In this document: positions 9,713 to 18,579 of the stretch, piece by piece
Numbering within the stretch: position 1 is the stretch's first letter
Layout: each line of letters opens with the position of its first letter
DNA from: a bacterium
GTDB taxonomy: Bacteria > UBP18 > UBA7526
Length of the DNA: 34,665 bases
Assembly: GCA_030616365.1 (NCBI GenBank)
Contig: JAUWXM010000003.1
Location: forward strand, 1 to 34,665
Reading direction: 5' to 3'
The notes under the pieces: generated by a model
Database searches by the model: none
The model's input: only the letters and a program-made list of their open reading frames with translations
Told to the model about the DNA's origin: nothing
Translations under genes and position numbers: made by a program

Positions 9713-10302
9713 TCTGGGATCTGACAGCTAAGAAGGACCCTTTCTCTCTGATAGAAAGAGAACTTTTTCTCTTGGCAAAAATGCATCTTCTGGAGGAGGT
9801 TAATCGTTTTTTGATCATTCCTTTCCACACTCACCTTTACTCCATTGATTCCCCTTCTCTTTAGTTCTTCCAGGGACCTTAGAATCAATTTACTCCCTAT
9901 GCCCCTTCTTCTACTCTCTGGGTTAACAGCAATAAAGAGAAGTTCCGCTTTGGTTTGAGGCAAACTAACCTTCCTGGAATATTGGAAAGTCTGGAAGAGT
10001 GAAGAAAGAAGCCGAGGATGGCGAAAGAGGGCCCTCAGAGAAATCCCTAAGAAAAAAAGAAAATGCCCGAGGAATAGAGATCTTAAAAGGCGCTGGGAGT
10101 CCGTTGCCCCGGCTATGAATCCCTGCATCTCCTTTCCTTCCCAATAGGTATAGACAAAACCATAGCGGGACTTAAGGAGGGAGTGGTAAAGGGTCTTCAA
10201 AAAGGGAATTCCTAACTGGGCAAAGGTGGAGTGGGGGATATATAAAGAGTGAAACCGGGCAACCTGGGAGATATCATCTTGCTTTAATAGTTGTAGGTTC
10301 AA
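9709..10302 (-). CDS. GNAT family N-acyltransferase
   Basis: ELLFIAVNPESRRRGIGSKL is the acetyl-CoA binding motif A; TTG start; coupled to the downstream gene. Confidence 0.88.
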   Translation of the reverse strand: MNLQLLKQDDISQVARFHSLYIPHSTFAQLGIPFLKTLYHSLLKSRYGFVYTYWEGKEMQGFIAGATDSQRLLRSLFLGHFLFFLGISLRALFRHPRLLSSLFQTFQYSRKVSLPQTKAELLFIAVNPESRRRGIGSKLILRSLEELKRRGINGVKVSVERNDQKTINLLQKMHFCQEKKFSFYQRERVLLSCQIPE

Positions 10303-10312
10303 TTAACTAACC

Positions 10313-11347
10313 TTATCCTTCTTTTTTCCTAAAACTGGTAAATAAAAGTTTTACCAAACCCCAAATAAATCCTAATCCAATGGCTATATGCATTACCTGC
10401 AATGCAAAAAGGGCATAAAACACCATTGGCCAGCCATACATTTTTCGGGCAAAACCTAAAAAACCCCATTCCATAACGAACTGAATTAACCAGGCCAGAC
10501 CTGCCAGGGCCACCATCCAGGGCATAAAGAGTCCAGCAATTAATGCCATTAAGGCCATAAATGTTAAGATACAAGAAAAAGCAGCATCGGCGGTTCCCAC
10601 CGCTCCGCGGGACTCAAATTTCTTTCTCCGCAGCAAAAGAGGAACCCAGCGTGCTGTCCGTTCCAGGAGGATGAGACACCGGCAGCCTAGGGTTTTATAA
10701 TAGTGGTGGTACGCCGCGGAACGTAGGAGGAGATGTCTATACCCCTTCCGCTCCATTTCGTAGGCCATATGGAACTCCTCCATACCAACCCCACCATATC
10801 GTTCTGAGAAACCACCCAATGCCTCAAATATTGATCTTCGTATCGCCCCGCACTCGGACTGAATGCAAAAAATGGGTCTTTCCATCTCCTCTTCGCCCCA
10901 ACGATAACCCCAAGCCGCGCGAAGTTCAACAAAACGAGCGCTCCACTTCGGGTTTAAATCGCCCGGAAGGGCATAGGCACCGACCGCGTGAATATCAGGA
11001 CGGGTCTGCAGGGTATTTACCATTGCCTCCAGCGCACCTGGTTGGGGCACAATATCAGCATCCACAAATATTAAAATGTCCGCATGTGCAGCTCTTGCGC
11101 CGATATTACGAGCGGCTGATACACCCAGATTCCGCTCTAACTTTATAACCCGAGCTCCTAATCTCTTGGCAATCCGAGCAGAGCCGTCGGTGCTGGCGTC
11201 ATCCACCACAATCAATTCCCAACCTGGTAGTTTGATACGGGGCCTGATAGCCTGTAGGCAAGTTTCCAAGGTGGCAGCGGCATTATAAACAGGAACAATC
11301 ACCGCTACTTTTGAGTCTAAACCGTTGTTTGCTGTTCCTTCTTTCAT
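10313..11347 (-). CDS. GT2 family glycosyltransferase with C-terminal TM helices
   Basis: VIVPVYN, VVDDASTDGS, ARNIGA, FVDAD. Start moved to ATG 11347, which overlaps the upstream TGA (ATGA). Confidence 0.9.
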   Translation of the reverse strand: MKEGTANNGLDSKVAVIVPVYNAAATLETCLQAIRPRIKLPGWELIVVDDASTDGSARIAKRLGARVIKLERNLGVSAARNIGARAAHADILIFVDADIVPQPGALEAMVNTLQTRPDIHAVGAYALPGDLNPKWSARFVELRAAWGYRWGEEEMERPIFCIQSECGAIRRSIFEALGGFSERYGGVGMEEFHMAYEMERKGYRHLLLRSAAYHHYYKTLGCRCLILLERTARWVPLLLRRKKFESRGAVGTADAAFSCILTFMALMALIAGLFMPWMVALAGLAWLIQFVMEWGFLGFARKMYGWPMVFYALFALQVMHIAIGLGFIWGLVKLLFTSFRKKEG

Positions 11348-12780
11348 TTTCTGGCTTTCCAGTATTGCCACTGGGTATAGACTCTATACACTAGCCCTTC
11401 AAGATAAAAGCTAAACCAGCGGTGACGCCACCTGAACTGGGCTAATTTATGGGATAAAAAATAAGCCCAACGGAACCGTCTTAAACCGCTCAGTATATGT
11501 TCATAGCGAAAAGCTAAAAAGGAAATGAGGTAAACATTTTTGAAGAGTGGCCACTTGCTCAGCCAGGGGGTGTGAATCCGGTCCATAGTAAAATAGCTCC
11601 AGTCAACCAATCGAGAAGGAGGTTCAAAACCCATCTCTTTGGCCTCCTCAAAGAGTTCGGTGCCTGGCAGAGGTGCGTATGGCTGAATAACAATTTCGGC
11701 GGAGGGGTGGTGACGGTGGAGCTCATCGGCAAAATCCAAAACAGCCAAAGCATCCTGATAAATCTCTTTAGGGAAGCCAATCATAAGCGAATAGGTTACA
11801 ATAATGGGGGAATCCCTCATAATCTCAACTCCCTGATCAATAACTGCCTTAGTAATTCCCTTGCGAATATATTTCAGAATATGGTCCAGCGGAGACTCGA
11901 GACCAAAAAAGAGCCACTGGCAGCCGATTTTTTCGAAATTGCGAATTAGCTTTTTATCAATACAGTCTATTCTGGGACTGGCGGACCACTTTAAAGCAAG
12001 CCCCTCCATTACCGGGACCAGTTCCCGAAGAAAAGACTTTTGTCCTCCCATGCTGTCATCATAGAAAAAGATATTATCGACACCGAGAGAAATCAAACGT
12101 TCCAGCTCCTTTCTAATTAAACTTGGCGATTTATGGCGGCATATTCTGTTATGATAAAAGTCGTTATAACAAAAACGACAGTTGAAAGGGCAGCCCCGGG
12201 ACATCTGGTAGCCAACGGTTGGAAAGTTGGTATTCGGCCGGAGGTAGCGGGACAGAAGCTCTCCTGCTTTTCCCTGATAGGGAAAGGGTAATTCTTCAAT
12301 GTCTAGAAAGGGGCGGTCCCGGTTGATATGAATGCCTCCCTCTTTGTCCTTCCAGGCTAACCCGGCAATAGTGTTCAGGGCCGGTCGCCCTCTGCGGAGA
12401 TGCTGGTAAAGCTCATAAAGTGTTTCCTCCCCTTCTTTAATTACCAGGTAATCGATCGGGGGTTCAGCCAGTGTTTGTTCCGGACACATACTGGGATGAA
12501 CACCACCCCAGACTACAGGCGTATTCGGGCAACCTTGCTTAACGTAACTGGTCAGTGATAGTCCCCGAAGTATCTGGAGGGAAGTGAGGGCGCTAACCCC
12601 GATCAGTTTAGGTTTCTTCTCGAGCGCTTCGTCCAATTCTCGGCGGTTTTGCACCCGCTCATCGTAATATTCGACATCTATTCCCCGCCCCTCCAGGTAG
12701 GTCCCCACTGTGAAGATAGACAACGGGGTCATCACATGATAGGGAAACGAACTGGTATTGGGAAATATTAAAAGAATCAT
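11344..12780 (-). CDS. B12-binding radical SAM protein
   Basis: WGGVHPS, KEGEET, SRGCPFNCRFC, YDD, GLES, PLPGT. Confidence 0.92.
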   Translation of the reverse strand: MILLIFPNTSSFPYHVMTPLSIFTVGTYLEGRGIDVEYYDERVQNRRELDEALEKKPKLIGVSALTSLQILRGLSLTSYVKQGCPNTPVVWGGVHPSMCPEQTLAEPPIDYLVIKEGEETLYELYQHLRRGRPALNTIAGLAWKDKEGGIHINRDRPFLDIEELPFPYQGKAGELLSRYLRPNTNFPTVGYQMSRGCPFNCRFCYNDFYHNRICRHKSPSLIRKELERLISLGVDNIFFYDDSMGGQKSFLRELVPVMEGLALKWSASPRIDCIDKKLIRNFEKIGCQWLFFGLESPLDHILKYIRKGITKAVIDQGVEIMRDSPIIVTYSLMIGFPKEIYQDALAVLDFADELHRHHPSAEIVIQPYAPLPGTELFEEAKEMGFEPPSRLVDWSYFTMDRIHTPWLSKWPLFKNVYLISFLAFRYEHILSGLRRFRWAYFLSHKLAQFRWRHRWFSFYLEGLVYRVYTQWQYWKARK

Positions 12781-12900
12781 TTTAATACCCCGCTAACTTA
12801 ATCATTACTCTTGGGAGAAAGAATCAGAAAGCAGGATGGAATAAATCGCGACCAGCACTCGAACGTTTCAAAAGCCATGACTGGATCAGTCGCCATGGGC

Positions 12901-14349
12901 TCAGGGCTTTGCCCCAACCGGCTTTGAAGTCCGCTTCTTCTTTAGATTAAAGAAGAGGAGATAAAGCAAAAGTTTTAAGGCCCGAAAGTATTTTTTCAGG
13001 TCAGAGAATCTCCGGATATGGCGAAGATGACGCCACCAGATGATAGGTCGAAGATAAAACCGGCGGTAGAATCTTCGCTGGGCTCTTATTAAATCGCCAT
13101 AGGTTAACCCCCGGGGCAGGAAGACCGGCTGGAAAAAAGAGTAATCATCCGGATTCTCAGAGACTAAATCCCCGTATTTTTTATAAAGAGTGTACTGTTC
13201 CGTTCCTTTAAGGGGAGTGTTAATCTGTACGGTAACATCTTTTGAAGGAAGGCTCAGCGCAAACTGGATAGTTTCTTCCATAGTCTCCCTGGTATCCGGG
13301 CAATGGCCTAACATGAAGAAGGTCTTGGACTGCAGGCCTACTTCATCCGCCCATCCCACCACCCTTTTTATTTGTTCTTTGCTCATCTCCTTCTTAATAA
13401 ACCTTAGTATCTCTTCATTCCCGCTCTCAATCCCTATCCTTACTCGCCAGCATCCGGCCTCTTTCATTCTTTTTAGGAGGGATTTGCTCCTCATAGTATC
13501 GCTTCTGATGTTACAGGTCCAGGTAACATCCATTCTCTCTTTCTCCAATTCCTTCAGAAAACCTTCCATCCTCTCCATAGAAATGCCAAAGAGAGAGTCC
13601 ACAAAGGCAATGTCCTTTATTCCATAGGTATCTACCAGATGCTTCATCTCTAAGACTATTCTCCGGGGAGTGTAAGAGGTATAAAGATTGCCATAGACAC
13701 TGTGGTCACAGAATATACAGTGGTAAGGGCACCCCCGGCTGGTAATCATGGCGGTCTTGGGAAGGCGATATTCATCATTGGGCAGAGGTGAGTATTTATA
13801 AATTGGTAAGAGGTGCCGAGCAGGAAAAGGGAGAGAATCCAGGTCTCTTATCCTCTCTCTCTTAGGAGTAACTCGGAGTTTAGTATTCTTTCGATAGGCT
13901 ATGCCTTTGACACTCTCTATATTCCGTCTCCCAGAGATGGCATCCAAAAGTTCCACTATAGTCATCTCCCCCTCACCCAATACTGCTAAGTCAAAACAGG
14001 AGTGCTTGATGAGCTCCTCCGAATTAGTGGTGATGTGGCTTCCCCCGATTATTATGGGCACCTCTGGCTTCTTTTTCTTTATACGGTTTGCTGTCTCCCG
14101 AGCATTAGTGAAAAAGATGGTGGTGGAGGTAATGCCGATTACATCCGGAGCAAAGTGATCTATCCTCTCCATGACCCCCGAAAGAGACAGTCTTTCTACT
14201 AAGGTATCTATTAGGTCTACTTCTATACCTTTCTTCTCCAGAACGGCGGCGATATAAGCTAGACCTAAAGGAGGAGAGTTAAAGAAGAGATATTCTATAA
14301 CAGGATTCCTCTTCTCTCCCCGGGGTGGGTTAATCAGGGTGACTTTCAT
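12901..14349 (-). CDS. B12-binding radical SAM protein
   Basis: LINPP...PPLGLAY, GGSH, GEGE, SRGCPYHCIFC, GIESG, PLKGT. Confidence 0.93.
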   Translation of the reverse strand: MKVTLINPPRGEKRNPVIEYLFFNSPPLGLAYIAAVLEKKGIEVDLIDTLVERLSLSGVMERIDHFAPDVIGITSTTIFFTNARETANRIKKKKPEVPIIIGGSHITTNSEELIKHSCFDLAVLGEGEMTIVELLDAISGRRNIESVKGIAYRKNTKLRVTPKRERIRDLDSLPFPARHLLPIYKYSPLPNDEYRLPKTAMITSRGCPYHCIFCDHSVYGNLYTSYTPRRIVLEMKHLVDTYGIKDIAFVDSLFGISMERMEGFLKELEKERMDVTWTCNIRSDTMRSKSLLKRMKEAGCWRVRIGIESGNEEILRFIKKEMSKEQIKRVVGWADEVGLQSKTFFMLGHCPDTRETMEETIQFALSLPSKDVTVQINTPLKGTEQYTLYKKYGDLVSENPDDYSFFQPVFLPRGLTYGDLIRAQRRFYRRFYLRPIIWWRHLRHIRRFSDLKKYFRALKLLLYLLFFNLKKKRTSKPVGAKP

Positions 14350-14375
14350 TTGAAATTCCTAATAATAAATATAGT

Positions 14376-15176
14376 TTATTGGGCCGGATAAAAGTCACTC
14401 TCATACTCCACCTCTTGGACTAGGCGGTCGATACCCAGTTCAGAGAGATGGGAAGGGATCCGTTTATTCTTAAAGAACTGGGTGTTACCCTTAAGGAATA
14501 AAGGCACGGGCATATTCCTATGAGTGAGTTTAAAGGTATAGACTCTGCATTCCTTTCGGCAGGAGAAAATACTTCTCAGGGGTTGGGTTCGCTGGTCACA
14601 GGCATTGGTGAGGCACATCCTGGTAGTGGTAACATAGGCATAAGGATAGTATAAGGAAGCGGGAATCTTAGGTTCCCTCTTTATTCCTTGAAGAAGGTTA
14701 TCCAGCTCTACCCGTCGGATGCCCATTTGGGAGAGAAAATTCTGGACCAAGGGGAGATCCAGATAGAACCTCTGAAAATGGTCCCACATCTCCCGGGGTA
14801 TCCTATCTTTGATATTGAGGAGACGGGGCCCTCTCTTCTGCTTGGATAAGAGTCGACCCAAAACTAAAGGGAATTCTGGATAATTCTCTCGGAGAAAGCT
14901 GAGCACCCCCCAATCATTAACTACTACTTCAGGTTTTTTCCAATCCTTTAGAACTTTCCAGAGCGGTGTTAAGTTCTTTAGCCCTTCATCAGTAACAAAA
15001 GGGGTGACCAGGGTAAAGGATAGCCTTTTCTGGCGGGCGAAGTTCAAGGCCTCTCTCAGTTCTGAAGAAGAAGGCAAGAGATATTGACAGAATTCCGGAC
15101 CAAAGTAGAGCCGCTGATGCTGGGAAGTAATCAGGGATAGATTATCAAGATTAGAAATTAAGGCTGCTTTTTCCAT
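14376..15176 (-). CDS. U32-family Fe-S protein, UbiV-like partner subunit
   Basis: LYFGPEFC resembles the N-terminal Cys motif of UbiV; also VVVNDWG, GIRRVELD and TTRMC...CRKEC. Start set at ATG 15176 (MEKAAL) because 15266 would overlap the upstream gene by 116 nt. Confidence 0.75.
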   Translation of the reverse strand: MEKAALISNLDNLSLITSQHQRLYFGPEFCQYLLPSSSELREALNFARQKRLSFTLVTPFVTDEGLKNLTPLWKVLKDWKKPEVVVNDWGVLSFLRENYPEFPLVLGRLLSKQKRGPRLLNIKDRIPREMWDHFQRFYLDLPLVQNFLSQMGIRRVELDNLLQGIKREPKIPASLYYPYAYVTTTRMCLTNACDQRTQPLRSIFSCRKECRVYTFKLTHRNMPVPLFLKGNTQFFKNKRIPSHLSELGIDRLVQEVEYESDFYPAQ

Positions 15177-16242
15177 AGTAATAACAGAGTTCTCCACAGG
15201 GAAAATGATAGCTCTGTCGGTATTTCTCCTTAACAAAATTAACAAAATCTTCTTGGGAAGGCTCATGGGAAAGAAAGTCTAAGGATGCTTTTAAAAACTT
15301 TACATCTTTCAATTTCTTAGAAGTAGGATTGCTCCTTCCTATAATCTTGATGCTATGCATACCTGCCTTCTGGAATTCATATAGCTGGCAAACCCCACAG
15401 GGATCGAGTCCGGAAAGGAGATTAAAGGTATTAGAGATACTCTTCTCCGCAGCACGTAGTTTCTCCTCATCGATTTTAGCAGATGAGGAGAAGGCCTTTA
15501 CCTCATAATTCAGAAAACAGGCACCCACTGAGCCGAAAAGAGAGGAACGGGAGATGGAAGAGGATATTCGGGAAGGCAGTCTTCTTAAAACATTCAAGAG
15601 ATAGTAGTCTAAGCCCAGGCTCTTGGGGATATTCCAGATGGGGCCCCATCTGACCTCATTAACTCCATGTTGAAAGGTGCAGAAGCCATCGATATTCTTG
15701 CAGCCCCGATTGAGAATAAAAGATTCCATCTCTATTCCTTTTGCCTTTTGAACTATCTCTACTATTTCTGGAACAGAGAAATGACGAGGGAGAATGATGC
15801 GGCTAGCCCCTAATTTCCGGTAAAATCTTATTGTCCAGGAGTTAAAGATAGTTCCTCCGGTGCTGATGTGGAGAGGGATTTTTATTCCTCTCTCTTTGAT
15901 ATAGAGGAGAAGCCCTAAATCAGCAACGATCAAGGCATCCACTCCAGTCTTTAACCCTTCCTCTAATTGTTTTTCCAGGGCCGGGTATTGAAGCTTGGTA
16001 TAGAAGGCGTTCAGGGCAAGAATGACCGGGACATTATGAGAGTGGGCCAGGGCAACTACTTCTTTAAGTTCCTGGTGATCATTGAGATTGGAGGCCTTCC
16101 ACTCCCTCCGATTGGGAGAGGCCACATTGGTATACTTCTTCTTCCAGGAAGCAGAAAGGACACCACAATAGAGTTCCTGGGCTCCAGCAACAATGAGGGA
16201 TTCCACCTCACGGGGTTTATTTACTGGTGCTAAAATCTTCAT
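15151..16242 (-). CDS. U32 'peptidase' family Fe-S protein, UbiU/TrhP/RlhA-like hydroxylase subunit
   Basis: MKILAP, AGAQELYCG, GVDALIVADLG, LHIST, GASRIILPR, CX6C (CKNIDGFC), GAC, CGVC, SIKIIGR. Confidence 0.88.
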   Translation of the reverse strand: MKILAPVNKPREVESLIVAGAQELYCGVLSASWKKKYTNVASPNRREWKASNLNDHQELKEVVALAHSHNVPVILALNAFYTKLQYPALEKQLEEGLKTGVDALIVADLGLLLYIKERGIKIPLHISTGGTIFNSWTIRFYRKLGASRIILPRHFSVPEIVEIVQKAKGIEMESFILNRGCKNIDGFCTFQHGVNEVRWGPIWNIPKSLGLDYYLLNVLRRLPSRISSSISRSSLFGSVGACFLNYEVKAFSSSAKIDEEKLRAAEKSISNTFNLLSGLDPCGVCQLYEFQKAGMHSIKIIGRSNPTSKKLKDVKFLKASLDFLSHEPSQEDFVNFVKEKYRQSYHFPCGELCYYYGKSSLNF

Positions 16243-17566
16243 TTAATCTCTTCTTATCTCTAAGGCAGTTGGCCCAGGCCCCCAGTTCCTGTTCCCCCAG
16301 ATCTAGAGAGAGCTCTCCCTTTCCACAGTTAAGGGCTATCCGGGAATCGTACATATAGGGATCGCAGGCAGAGATGAAACCTAAGAGTAGATACTTGGAA
16401 GGTATGCAAGAAATATCGAATCCCGAGGTCAATAAAGACCTATGCATCAGGAAATCCTTGGCTAAGATGAGGGTGGAAGGCCTAAGAAGTTTAGGAAAGA
16501 GATTGGCAAATAAAATAGCCTTGGCTAATCTGCGACTTGCTTTAACATTCTCTTTATAGCTATCTAGTGCTTTTTCCATTTTGGCTAAGTTAAGGATACG
16601 GTGAATGTTTTGATAACCCCCTTCCCTTCTCACCAGAAGGTAGTGATGGATATAGAAACACTTCTTCAGGGAGGTTAAAGAGAGGAGGGTAAAGTAAAGC
16701 TTCTGGAATCGGAATATCTCTTCTCTGGTAATGGGTTCTTTACTCTCCCTGGTCTGCTCGGTTAAAAAATCTATAATCTCATCAGGCAAGAGGCAGACTT
16801 TATAATCGAAATCCCGGGCCTTTCCTAGCCAGCGGCAGCCCAAAAAGAATATCTCCCGCACAAAAGGATTAGCCACCCCATAGTCCAGAATTTTAATAAT
16901 CTCTTTCTCATTATATCCCCGAAGAATGGTGGCCACTAAGTCCGTGCCGATATTCAGCCTCTTTAGGTTTTTCAGGGCCTTTAGCTTAATGGAAAGAAGT
17001 TTCTCTCCTCGAACCTTCAAATAAAACCGATCATCGAAGCCATCGAACTGAAAGTGAACCTCCCTTAAACCTGCATCCCATAATTTCTTCAGATAGGAGA
17101 AATCAGCGATTTTGATTCCATTGGTATGCAAAGCAGCCAGGTTGCCAGAATTGCGAATCATGCTTATGATCCGGGGAAGGTCTTTTCTCATGGTAGGCTC
17201 TGTCCCCATGAGATCGAATTTATATCCCCTCTTCCCCTGAATGAAGGCTTTTAGCCTCTCTAAGGGATAATCAATAGTGGGGTTCTCATTGGCCGAGGCC
17301 AAGCAGATGGAGCAATTGAGGTTACATCTCTCGGTCAGTCTGAGAATGTAGTCGCGCTGGGGTAGTCTTTCTTTGATTAAGGAGAAGTAGAAGTCATTCA
17401 GTTCCCGGTAGTACCAGGGGTGTTGAGAGAGAAAGACCCGGAATCTACCGTGCTGGGGACACTCCTTGACCATATAAATCTTCCCCTCTTCTTCAATGAT
17501 ATTAGCCGGGACCCTCTGGATGCATTGGGGACAGAAGCTTTCCGTCTTCCTGATTAGCCTATTCAT
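16217..17566 (-). CDS. Radical SAM protein of the MJ0619/Tes (GDGT-MAS) architecture, divergent
   Basis: N-terminal TESFCPQC...KECPQHG metal site, CNLNCSIC, HTNG, FQFDG, C-terminal DPYMYDSRIALNC. Confidence 0.8.
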   Translation of the reverse strand: MNRLIRKTESFCPQCIQRVPANIIEEEGKIYMVKECPQHGRFRVFLSQHPWYYRELNDFYFSLIKERLPQRDYILRLTERCNLNCSICLASANENPTIDYPLERLKAFIQGKRGYKFDLMGTEPTMRKDLPRIISMIRNSGNLAALHTNGIKIADFSYLKKLWDAGLREVHFQFDGFDDRFYLKVRGEKLLSIKLKALKNLKRLNIGTDLVATILRGYNEKEIIKILDYGVANPFVREIFFLGCRWLGKARDFDYKVCLLPDEIIDFLTEQTRESKEPITREEIFRFQKLYFTLLSLTSLKKCFYIHHYLLVRREGGYQNIHRILNLAKMEKALDSYKENVKASRRLAKAILFANLFPKLLRPSTLILAKDFLMHRSLLTSGFDISCIPSKYLLLGFISACDPYMYDSRIALNCGKGELSLDLGEQELGAWANCLRDKKRLNEDFSTSK

Positions 17567-18579
17567 CTGCTTGTCCTATGGAAAGCCCTTAGCCATTGAT
17601 AGACCACCTTGGGATTAAGAGCGAAGAGATAGTTGTACTCTGTGAAACAACTGGCGGCGCAGGCCTCACAGGGGATATTCTCTAAGGCCAGGAAGGCGTT
17701 TCTAAAACCAACCTCTAAGAAGTTTAAGGCGGGAGATTCCTCTATTAAAAGGGAGCAGCGATAAACCCTACCATCGGTATCAACATTGCAGTAGAGTTTG
17801 CCCGCCAAGCAGGGTAGGCCGTAATTCCTATCCCGGGAAACCGGTCTCTGATAATCCGGCCAACGAAGGAGGTATTTCAGGTAGTTGGTGGAGGAAGCGA
17901 CTCGCGCTCCTTCTCTTTTTAGGTGGAGTATCTTTCGGATGGCCTTCTGTAAATCCCCAGGGGAAGGGGATAATTCTTTAAGATTGCGGCCCAATTTTTC
18001 ATTATGATGGAGGATTTGGAAGGTGCTCATCAGACCATATCTCTCGGCTGTCTTTAAAATGAAATTAATGGCTCCCAGATTATACTTGGTGAGGACGGTG
18101 ATGGTCCAAGTATTGAGGTGCTGAGAGGCCACTTCTATCCCCTCCATGGCTTTAGAAAAACTCCCCTTCCCCCGATTGGCCTCATGGGCTATGCGGTCCC
18201 CGTCTAAGCCAATCACGATATGACCTAAGTTCTTCAGGCTCTCCATCTTCTCCGGAATCAGGAAGCCATTGGAATCCAGGGTGACATATAATCCTTTACC
18301 CGAAGCATAATCGATAATCTGCCTAATATCATCCCTTAATAAGGGTTCCCCGCCCCAGAGCCCTAATCTCTGGGTCCCGGCCTGGACCATCTGGTCAATG
18401 AGGCTGAATATTTGGTCCATGGATAGCTCCTTCTGTCTTCGCTGAGGAAACCGGCAGTATGAACAGTGGGCTGGACAGCGATTGGTCACAGAGAGCATAA
18501 CATTGAGGGGCTTTCTTTTTTTAAAAAGCCGGTAGGCTAAGGCCCCCCAACCCATCTGGAATTTATTCTTCCATCTCAT
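17563..18579 (-). CDS. Radical SAM protein with Twitch/SPASM-like domain
   Basis: CPAHCSYC, WGGEPLLR, DSNG; C-terminal CLAG...DGRVYRC...CEACAASC. Confidence 0.9.
   Translation of the reverse strand: MRWKNKFQMGWGALAYRLFKKRKPLNVMLSVTNRCPAHCSYCRFPQRRQKELSMDQIFSLIDQMVQAGTQRLGLWGGEPLLRDDIRQIIDYASGKGLYVTLDSNGFLIPEKMESLKNLGHIVIGLDGDRIAHEANRGKGSFSKAMEGIEVASQHLNTWTITVLTKYNLGAINFILKTAERYGLMSTFQILHHNEKLGRNLKELSPSPGDLQKAIRKILHLKREGARVASSTNYLKYLLRWPDYQRPVSRDRNYGLPCLAGKLYCNVDTDGRVYRCSLLIEESPALNFLEVGFRNAFLALENIPCEACAASCFTEYNYLFALNPKVVYQWLRAFHRTSR

Noticed and set aside
12798-12896. 32-aa ORF MATDPVMAFETFECWSRFIPSCFLILSPKSND as a RiPP precursor
   Set aside because: No RBS and no leader/core pattern, and the window has no RRE domain, peptidase or transporter. 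It cannot be fully excluded without conservation data.
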